From: Candidatus Thorarchaeota archaeon
GTDB lineage: Archaea; Asgardarchaeota; Thorarchaeia; Thorarchaeales; Thorarchaeaceae
NCBI GenBank assembly: GCA_019057475.1
Contig: DXJO01000010.1
Coordinates: 352,001-416,000 of the forward strand
Length of the DNA: 64,000 bases
Reading direction: 5' to 3'
Of this stretch, positions 30,180-39,800 are shown piece by piece. A program made the translations under genes and the position numbers. Within the stretch, counting starts at the first letter, position 1; the number at the start of each line of letters is the position of its first letter. Under the pieces are notes generated by a model that did no database searches, was not told where the DNA came from, and was given only the letters and a program-made list of their open reading frames with translations.

Positions 30180-30975
30180 CGAGAAGCGATGGTCATATCC
30201 CGAGAATAGGAGGGCGATGAGAATGAACAGTCTACTGGATGAGAACACACAAGGTCCAATCCTTACAAGTCGTGAAGTTAGAGAGCGGTACATCGAAGTG
30301 GAGCGAGCCATGAAGGAGCTTAAGGAGGAGTACAGGTCTTTCATCCACACAATGGCTCATGACATCAGGGGGTGTTTCAATGCTGTCCTTGGCTATGCAC
30401 AGCTTCTCAAGGAGGTGCATAATCCAGAGTACGCCAATACGATTGTTGAGAGTGTCCATAGGATGACGCGGTTGTTGGACCGGTCAGTACGGCTGGTGGA
30501 CATGGGTGTGCCCGTGGGCTGGCTCTCAGAGGTTGACCTGAATAAGGTGATTCCAACAGTTGCAGGTTCGGTGTTGCCCGCGGAGGTCGAATTCCTACAT
30601 GATAGACTTCCGATTGTGCTTGGAGATCCAGACAAGTTAGCACAAGCTTTTCAGAACCTGCTCGTGAATGCTATCGAGCATGGACGGGCCAACAGGGTTG
30701 AAGTCCGCAAGAGGAGTGCAGAGGGTGGGATTGCGGTTATATTCCGCAATGATGGGCAGCCAATTCCCGATGAACTCCGCTCACTATTATTCATTCAACG
30801 GGCAAGTTCCAAACTTGGGGGCGGAATGGGACTCGGGATTGTGAGGAAGATTATCGAATCTCATGGTTGGAGTATTAAGCTGGACCCTGTTGAGATGCCA
30901 ACCTTTCGGGTTTTCATACCTCAGTCGAGTCTCGTGAAGATTAGCTATATCAGACATGACAACTCTAGTCAATAG
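30172..30975 (+). CDS. Soluble histidine kinase (HisKA plus HATPase), no evident sensor domain
   Basis: H box MAHDIRG, N box QNLLVNAIEHG, NDGQPIP, GGGMGLGIV; true start may be ATG 30217. Confidence 0.85.
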   Translation: MHDEKRWSYPENRRAMRMNSLLDENTQGPILTSREVRERYIEVERAMKELKEEYRSFIHTMAHDIRGCFNAVLGYAQLLKEVHNPEYANTIVESVHRMTRLLDRSVRLVDMGVPVGWLSEVDLNKVIPTVAGSVLPAEVEFLHDRLPIVLGDPDKLAQAFQNLLVNAIEHGRANRVEVRKRSAEGGIAVIFRNDGQPIPDELRSLLFIQRASSKLGGGMGLGIVRKIIESHGWSIKLDPVEMPTFRVFIPQSSLVKISYIRHDNSSQ

Positions 30976-31171
30976 CTCCGGAACAGGATGCTCCAAGCAA
31001 GGGTAGCAAGGAAACCTGCTTCTGTGGGACATGGGTATAGGCCGCGAGATATTCGGACCTGATTTCTAGCCATATCGACAAGAGAAAGGAGGTTGATAAC
31101 CTCTAGTCGACACTCTATGAAACGCACATGAGAAATGTCATGAAACGATCAGATTGTGATGAATGAGGTCC

Positions 31172-32920
31172 TTACCCCGAATCAAGGAATCGCGATTCAC
31201 GTGTCCATGGATCTCGCCATCCCTTTTCACTGTGCAGCCTGTGAAGGAGGGTCATGCGATAGGTCTTCTGCTTCTCAATCAACCCTGTGACATAATTCAC
31301 ACCTATGTCATTCATGTACTCTCTCGCTGGGCCCAGAAAGATGGTGCTTTGAAGGTCTGGAACACGAACAACAGCAAATAGACCCCTCCCGCCCTCCATC
31401 CTCAGAGCGCGGACATAGGGGGCGCCTTTCAGCAGATAGGACCAGACGGCCCCCACCTTCTTTGGACTGGAATCATAGATTATGACGTATACACCCTCAG
31501 GAATTGCACTGTACTCCAACGATGGGTGGTATAGGACTGTCAGAAGGGATCTAGCAAGGAGCGTCTCCACTCTTTCCTTAGCGCTCTGATTGGGAATTCC
31601 CATAGCACGGACTAGCCTCAGTCTGTCCTGAAAACAGCCGTGGTGTGCACATAGTATCCCAAGCAGGTCCCTGTCTCTCTGTGAAACTGGCCACGGTGCA
31701 CCATCAACTTGGGGCGATTCGCAGTATAGCCATCCCGGAATGTCTTTGGGTATCATATCTTCCGCTTGCCACGGTCTTACGCTCCACTTGGGCTCACCGG
31801 TTTCATTACTGAAGAGGTCCGTTCTCATGGAGATTACCTCGGAGTCAGCAGTGACTTGCACTGAGCCAGGAATCAAGTCCTCCTCATGCGGCCCGACCGA
31901 GCTGACTGGTTCAGCATAGACGACAATCTCAAGGAATTCACTACTACTGAAGATCGTGTCTTTGCATACGTACTTTTCAGAAGCTCCCCCGGTCGGGACC
32001 TCACTCCTGCGTCCTGGAGTCGCAATCACTCGATATCTCAAGCCTATCCCATTCATTGAGGGAATGAATCTCTCCGTGAGAAGGGTTTCTACATCTCTGG
32101 TGACGCGTCGTGCAAGCTTTCCGCCCGAGCCCAAGAGCTTCTTAACTAGCGGCATTGTGATTCTGACGGGCTTCTGAGCATTGGCAAGGTGTAGAGTTAT
32201 CATCCTGACATAATCCGAGTTGAGGGCATTAACTCTACTTCTGAACCTGTTGAGAAAACCAGTCCACTTGGAGGCAGTGGCTCCGTCAGCCCTCAGTGTT
32301 AATGTCTGCCACTCTGTCAGGTGTTTAGCATCCTTCGTCTTCCTGCGAACGATCTCGATCCATGATATGGGCGTGCGAGCTCTCATCGCCACCATCTGGA
32401 TGGTGAGGAGGGCCGATGTGAGGTAGTCGAGCCCATCATAGAATCCCTGCCACTTGTTAGGGTGTGGCAAATCACCACTGACTATCCTTGACATCGCATA
32501 TACGAAAGATTCCCTGATTTGACTATCCTGAGGGAAACTCCCGGCCTCATCTGGAAGCAGGGATGTAATCTGTTCAAGCAGAGTGTCACCATCAGGATTC
32601 TTGTAGTGGACCGCTGAAGACTTCTTGTACGCTAAGGCGTCATTGAGCTGTTCATTTCCTACCGCGCTATCGGGTAACGGGACTAGGCCGAGGGCGGCTT
32701 CAAAGACACTGGGTCTAAGAGTGGGCGGTGTCTTGTGACCGAGCATCCGAGCTGCGATATCGCGGAGTATGCCCTCATCATCGTACCTGTAAAGGTCGGG
32801 GGCCGCAGCTCTTCTTAACCAGGCGGCGTCAACCTTGGTGTCGAACCTCAGTGTGACTAGCTCCATCGGGACCTTTGGAATCAACGATATAAGCATCTCC
32901 CAATGCGTGCATGAGGCCAA
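31172..32920 (-). CDS. Large putative transcription regulator with C-terminal wHTH plus Lrp/AsnC-like module (paralogue A)
   Basis: VSQRDRDLLGIL...MGIPNQSAKERVETLLARSLL, then beta-alpha-beta; resembles the C-terminus of 41740-43731. Confidence 0.55.
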   Translation of the reverse strand: MASCTHWEMLISLIPKVPMELVTLRFDTKVDAAWLRRAAAPDLYRYDDEGILRDIAARMLGHKTPPTLRPSVFEAALGLVPLPDSAVGNEQLNDALAYKKSSAVHYKNPDGDTLLEQITSLLPDEAGSFPQDSQIRESFVYAMSRIVSGDLPHPNKWQGFYDGLDYLTSALLTIQMVAMRARTPISWIEIVRRKTKDAKHLTEWQTLTLRADGATASKWTGFLNRFRSRVNALNSDYVRMITLHLANAQKPVRITMPLVKKLLGSGGKLARRVTRDVETLLTERFIPSMNGIGLRYRVIATPGRRSEVPTGGASEKYVCKDTIFSSSEFLEIVVYAEPVSSVGPHEEDLIPGSVQVTADSEVISMRTDLFSNETGEPKWSVRPWQAEDMIPKDIPGWLYCESPQVDGAPWPVSQRDRDLLGILCAHHGCFQDRLRLVRAMGIPNQSAKERVETLLARSLLTVLYHPSLEYSAIPEGVYVIIYDSSPKKVGAVWSYLLKGAPYVRALRMEGGRGLFAVVRVPDLQSTIFLGPAREYMNDIGVNYVTGLIEKQKTYRMTLLHRLHSEKGWRDPWTRESRFLDSG

Positions 32921-32936
32921 GGGAAAGATTCACGAT

Positions 32937-33105
32937 AGGGTACAGATTTTAACGGTACACGAGTAGAATCTCCCCTCATAGACCCTATTCCACCAATATC
33001 TCCCATCTTACAGACCATTAAGTATTCTAACAGCACAATACAGGTTTTAAGCACGCATTCGGGACTATCCTATCCTAGAGCCCCCTCTCCAATAGTCTAA
33101 GTATA
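32937..33105 (+). promoter_or_regulatory. Conserved upstream element copy 3 (surface-protein operon)
   Basis: Box A AGGGTACAGATTTTAACGGT (32937-32956), box B GTATTCTAAC (33022-33031), TATA-like TCTAAGTATA (33096-33105). Confidence 0.8.
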
Positions 33106-33154
33106 TTGTGTTCATCCCTACTGCAAGGATAACCTACGTTGAGAGGGTGAAGGA

Positions 33155-33754
33155 ATGCAGATTGACCTGCCGGCAGCACTGTTTGCAAATCTAGTGTTCT
33201 CTGTCAAGATTGCACCTGGGATACTGGCAATTGTGACAGTCGTCAGAGGACTGATACTCCTAAGTGGACAGAAGCGAGAGTTCGAGGACTGGACACGCAA
33301 CTCACTGATGTCAGCCCTATCGATCATATTCCTCCCCGGCACGCTAGCCTACATCGGGATAAGGTACACAGTAAGCAGAGCCTTTGGCATAGATGTGGAG
33401 AACATCGGCGGCTCGACAACCTATGGGGAGATCAACCTCTTCCTGAAGGTGGAACGTCCACCTCGGGTAGTGATTGTGCTATCTGCCCTGTACATGATAG
33501 TGGTGATGTCGGTGTTTGTTGCACTATCGCTGATTCTCCTGCCAGCGTTACTGTTCTTCCAGAACATGCCGGTTGTGCTGTTCTGTTGGTACGTGGCGAT
33601 AGGCGTTCTTTTCAACATCTCATTGAGGAGCGGGGATGTTTCACTTGTGGTCGCATCCCTACGCAGAAGGCCGCGTGCTGGTGCACTTGAGTTCATCGCT
33701 GTGATGGTGGCGCTTGTCCTTCTCTATACGCAGGTTGTGGGGGTGCTCGTTTGA
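33155..33754 (+). CDS. Polytopic membrane protein, probable inactive membrane zincin (M50-like) homologue
   Basis: About 5 TM helices; FLPGTLAYIGIR where the family has PGTxxHExxH; SLRSGD at the third-ligand position. Confidence 0.6.
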   Translation: MQIDLPAALFANLVFSVKIAPGILAIVTVVRGLILLSGQKREFEDWTRNSLMSALSIIFLPGTLAYIGIRYTVSRAFGIDVENIGGSTTYGEINLFLKVERPPRVVIVLSALYMIVVMSVFVALSLILLPALLFFQNMPVVLFCWYVAIGVLFNISLRSGDVSLVVASLRRRPRAGALEFIAVMVALVLLYTQVVGVLV

Positions 33755-33890
33755 GCAGCAATAAAAAAGTCCCTGGCTCGGATCACAGGTCTTGGTGTTT
33801 GCCCTATTTATTCCAAGACCTATCTCTGCACGGAATACCCCCTTCTTTCCGAGCCAAGGACACCTCTTTCGCTCAGGAGGTAGTTGGTAG

Positions 33891-36800
33891 ATGAAAAGCA
33901 GGAATAGATTGACCCTACTTGTTGTATTCGGACTTATGTTGCTATCTTCAATGCCACTCCTCGCAACCTTGCACTCATCGCTTGAGCCACCGGGCGGACA
34001 GACAGCGACTCGACTCGAGAATTCATTCACACGGTCAGCAGACTCCGGTGTACTTGTACAGCTGGGCTCCTACGTTGTGGTTAGTCTTCCTGGCGCAGCT
34101 ATCCCTGACAGGGGTGGAGAGATTGAGAGTCTGTTGGCATCCTTTGGGGTTCATACTCTGTTGACCACAGTCAGCGATACGCTCAGCGACCCCGAAGTGA
34201 TTGAGAGTGCTCAGGTCGTTGTACTAGATGCTAGCCTTGGTTCTGAGGACGGGAGTTCTGTGCCATCGGAGTTCGTTACACTTCTTCTAAGGTACGATAG
34301 ACCCATTGTTATGATCGGGCGTGCGGCCTGGTTATTGCATAGACTTAGAGGGCTAGGTTCCCCCTCGCAGACCGCTTCCATCAACACCCTTCTGCAGACA
34401 TCCGTGGGTCACGAGGGAGCGGTCTTTCTTTCTTTGCCTGAGAGCCTTACACTGGGAGCTAGTCTCACATCTGAAACTGGGTTGCTGCTTCCAAATAACA
34501 GGGTGCAGACCGAGCGTTCAAGGCTAGAGGACCTGACAGGCAGAGGAGTGTCTATTCAGCTTGCGCCGCTAAGACATGACGCATGGCCTCTTGATACATT
34601 TCTCTTCGGACCCGAGAACCCATCCCTTCTGACTAATGACGGTAGAGGACTACTACTGAACACGCTTGCCTATGCCACAGCGATAGGTGAGTCACCTACA
34701 TCGCAGATGCTGATTGACTCACAGACTGCTGATGGTGAGTTACTTGCAGGCGGTTTCCATTACCAACATGAGTCGATAGTGGAATTCACGTACTACGCAG
34801 TACACTCCATGAGATCAGTGCTCGACGCAACCGCTTGGACACAATGGAGGATTGATCATCAACCGAAGGTGCAGAGCATCCTATCCACCCTATACGTTGA
34901 AACCAGCTCAGACGCTTGTTTCATGGACTCTGCATCAGGAGCCAAGGTAAACCTCAAGACGACTGCTTGGGGGCTCTGGTTAGTGGAGGTCATGGGCTTG
35001 ACATCACAGTTCACAGCATCAAAGCTTGTAGCCAATCTAAGTAGTGGGCAGGGTGTATCCGGTGATTTTGATGATGACATGACATCAGCATTCTTCGTGA
35101 CGCAGGCATTGTTTGAAGCTGGTGAGCTGTCAGCCATCAACACAGGCACCCTTGAATCTTGGCTCAGGGACTGCGTTGTGACGGGAGGAGATGCTCCCTC
35201 CAACCCTGAGTATTGGGGTGGGGTATCGAAGAACCCATCGAGCATCATCCCGAGGAACTCCTACTCCGCACAGTATGCGCTGACCCTAGAGATGCTTGGA
35301 GAGTCACACCACGACCCCAACAAATTGACCGAGTGGATCAATGAGGATTCATCCAACGGTGACGGCTCGTTCAATGATGTTGTGGGACAAAGCTTTGAGA
35401 CCATCACAGGAACGTCCTCCGCTCTCACCACACTCTCAGTTCTGGGAACACTCAGTATCCCCAACAGAACTGCTGGGCTAGCATGGATATCATTCAACCA
35501 GCTGGATTCTGGTGGGTATGGAATGCGCGACAAGGCTTTGGATATCGTTGCCAAGTCACGAGAAACCCAGAGAGTCGCGCTGTGTCTGGAAGAGTTGGGA
35601 GAAACCGGCGGTGACATTGTCGATGGTGTATCAGATTACTTCGCACTTGTGGAAACCGACATGGGGTTCGAAACCATGGAGCCCATCCCGACCCTGATGT
35701 GGAGCTACTGGGTCACCGATATCGTAAGGCTTTCTCATGGCACGATTAACCACGAGCAAGCCATTGACTACTTGGAGTCCTTTGATGAATGGCGAATGTA
35801 TCCCTTCTGGAGCAACATGACCACATATGCAGGGGCAGAGTACAAATCCACACAATACAGGACCAAGAGTGTTTGGTCACAATTCTTTGGAGTAGGGCTT
35901 GCTAAGTCTTTGAGTGTGCAGCTCTCAGCTGGCATGGTGTCCGGAACATCCAACTACATCAATCAGGCACAGGACTCATCAGGTCACTACCGGAACGCTC
36001 CTCTGAGCGGAAGCCCGCACATGCAGTACAGTGTGGCTGCCGTTGAGGCGCTGTATCTCATTGATGAACTTGACACGATCGCTTACAGGACTCAGCTAGA
36101 GTCCGCATTACTATCGGAATACTCCTCCGGGCAATGGTCCACAGACGGATGGACCTTGATGCCTTTTGCAGGTCAGCAGTCGGCGATAGACCAGCTGTGC
36201 ACGAGGGCAGCATTCCGACTTGGTCTGATAGATGCCACAATGGCGTCAGAGATTGCCAGCAACATAGAGGCGAGGATTCAGTACGCTGATCTGGGAGCAC
36301 TGAGTCATGACGTAGCTACTCTTTCTCTTCTCAATTCCTCGTTCTCTATTAGCGTGAGTTCCATTGACCGTAGTATTGTACTTGGTGCCCTCGGGTCTTC
36401 ACCTTTCCCTGATGGTTGGTTCAACTCTACTGACCTTTGGCAGCCTGCTCTCACAGCAGGAGTCTTGGAGATGATATCCTCTCTGGGATTGAGGACCCTT
36501 CTCTATGACGCATCAGGAGGTTCAATATCAGCCGCTGTCCAGTCAATACCGGAAGTAGGACAAATTCTGAGTTTCGATGTTGTCATCACCTCATCTCTCG
36601 CTACACACACTGTCTATGTGCAAGCTTTTGGCGAGTGGGTGCGTTTTGACGACATTGCTAACACGGACACTCTGGAGGTCCCGGTCCCGAATGACGAGTC
36701 AGATCTTGGCCCTGCAAACGTGTCAGTAATGTTATGGGATTGGGGTGCATCCAGAGCCTTTGACAGCGTCACAACGCAGGTGAGTGGCACACTTCAGGGA

Positions 36801-39800
36801 GCTCTTAACATTGAAACCCCAACAGTGTTTCTGAACGAGCGTGTCAACGGCACGGTGACATGGTCACTCACCAGCGGTGCAGACGCAGGGCTCACTGAAA
36901 TTGTAATCAGACTTGGCGACCCACCCACGTATCAAGAGTGGACTTACAACGATGTGAGTCCATTCCACTTCTCTGTGCCCACAACGGGCTTCGACACAGG
37001 GATGTACAACCTCACAGTCACTCTGAACAGAGAGTACTGCGATGCGCTCCTCTTGCGTGAAGAAGTAGCGGTAGCATCTCCTGACCCAACCTATATGCTG
37101 GCACCAGCAGCACTCTCCGGCGATGTAGGACAAGTACTGGTCATTGACTGGTCCTTGCACTTTTGGGAGAACGATAGCCTGATTCCAGGACAGCTCGTGT
37201 CACTGGAGGTCAGGGATGACACCGAATCCATTGTCCACACAGACACCGCCATCTCGACAACAAACCTTGGTCATTTCCACTGGACGCCGTCAATGAGGGG
37301 CGTCTTCACGTTCAAGGTGGTGTTCGAGCGTAACGGGACTCTTGAGTCCTCTGAGGCATCAGGACTGGCAAACGTGTTTGAGGACACGGTCCTTGAATGG
37401 GTTGATCCAGGGACAATCAATCAATACACCACGGTATCCATTTCTGTACAGCTGAGAACGGGAACAGGAGAGCCTCTGGCAGGACAGTCGGTCCACATCA
37501 CCATAACAGCACCCTCGTCTTCAATCCTACTGGATGCCACGTTCATGACCAACAGTACAGGTCATGTACAGGTCACATTCACATTGAACGAGAACGGAAT
37601 CTATTCCCTCAAAGCCTCGTTCACGGGTCAAGGGTTCCTGAAGGCCACCGAAACAACAAACAATCTCACATCGTGGTCCGATAGTACACTCACACTGGGA
37701 GGAGTGCCTGTTGAAGGATTGACAGAGGAGTCATGGAACTTTTGGGCCCTTCTTGAGGACGCTACGCCGCTCCCCCTTGAAGGAGAGTCAGTAATAATGA
37801 GGGTCATTTTGTTACCCTCGACAGTAGTATTCGAGCAAACTCTGAGCACCAACGCAACAGGCTATGTGTCAGTCACGTGGTCGACCAGTACGGCAGGCTC
37901 CTATCTGGTAGAGTCTGAGTACGAAGGTACCATTTCGAGACAGGTGCAATTCGATTCATCCCCCCTCGATGTAAGAATCTCAGTCAGTCTTAGTATCGAA
38001 ATCTCGTCGGACCCAGAGGTGAGCGTGTCCGGCTGGGTGCGGATCTACGCCGAGGGGAGCTGGGGTTCACCTGTAGTCGGGCTGGTTGTGATGCTGGCAA
38101 TCAGGGACCCCGCTGATTTCGTGGTCTTTGAAGAGACAATCCTCACGGGGGGCTCTGGTTACGCTAACTTCTCGTGGGTCCCATCAGTGAGAGGACTGAA
38201 TACTATAGCCGCCACGTCCGACAGACAGGCATGGTTTGAGGCGTCTGAGGTGAACACTACCACGGGAGTGATGGAACAACCGACTATAGCCATAGACATT
38301 GACGAGCTCCTTGCGCCCGCTAACAGCTTTCTGACGGTATCTGTTATCGATTCATCATTGATCGGAGCATCAGGGGTTACGGTGCGCACAATTGTGACGC
38401 TGAACGATGCTACTATACTTGACGTGACGAATGTGACTGCAGGGGACGGTATAATTATTCTGAATCTGCAGCTGACAGAGCCAGGAAACCTCGGCATTGC
38501 GGTGAGCATGTCTGAACGGGGTTGGTTCTTAGCTCAGGCCAACAGCACGGCTTACTCGATTCACGGTTTAACGCAGATATCTGTGAGCGCACATCCGCAG
38601 CCAGTAGATCAAGGAACGACATATCCCGTCAAGGCTACACTGATTGGCTGGGACGGACAGCCCATGGTTGGTGCCCTTGTCACGATATCCGTAAGCTGGA
38701 CCAATGGAATATTGGTGGACTCCGCAACCCTTTCAACTGGGGTTGATGGAACTTGCACTCTAGGTCATATCTTCAATTCAGTGGGCGACTTCATTCTCAA
38801 TGCGACTTATGTCGGAACCGGGCTCAACTGCACGGCCATGGACACCGAGGTACAGAGGGTTCGCATAACACCGTCCCTCACGCTCACTCATGATCCCACA
38901 AGCCTTCTGGGGGATGATGTTCAGGTCCTATGCGGAGTCTATGATGCGTTTGGTCAGTACGTGACAGGTCGGACTCTCACTCTGTCCATTATGATGGACA
39001 GTATACTAGTCTTTGAAACCCAGTTCATCTCTGGCAGCGAGCTATCAATGGTCCTCTGGACGCCGACGGAGAGGGGCCTTGCGACCATTACTCTTACACA
39101 CACAGGAGATGCGTTCTACTTAGGCAACTCAACGATTTCTACAATGTCCATTCTGGAACATGTAAGCGGTACACTTGAAATAGACCCAGCACCGATTGAT
39201 GTTTTTCAAACAACCACTCTCACTTACACACTAGGATCCACAACCAGCCTCTTGGGAATTGAGATAGTCTTCGAGGTTCTCGGTATCGATCTTGTGCCAG
39301 TGTGGGCTGTGTCTGCATTCACCAACATCTCGGGAGTCGTGGAGGTTCAGTACATTGCCGATGACATGCATGGTGTCCTGATGGCTCAGGCTGGGCCGTC
39401 AGAAGACCAGTTCCTCGTGGGTGGAGATGTACAGGAACAGCTGGTCGCGATTACACAGTGTCATACTACCACAGAGTTCACTCCTCCGCCAGCTTCCGTG
39501 GGGAGCACCGTGAATATCACAATCAACGCAGTGGATGACCTTGGCAATGCAATAGACGGGCTCTCGGTGCAGGTCACGCTCTTCAACCCCTATGGCCAAC
39601 CCATCAAGCTGGGCGTCTGGTCGAACTCCATCACGATCACTCTGGAGGATGGTGTAGCCTATGTGGAGTTCACACCTGAGTACTCTGGACTGTACACAGT
39701 CTACCTTGACTCATCAGGTTCCGTGTCAGTGCACTCCTTCCATCAGGAGAGCTTTCACACTGTCCACACCCCGACCTTCCTAGACTTCTTGGACACTCCC

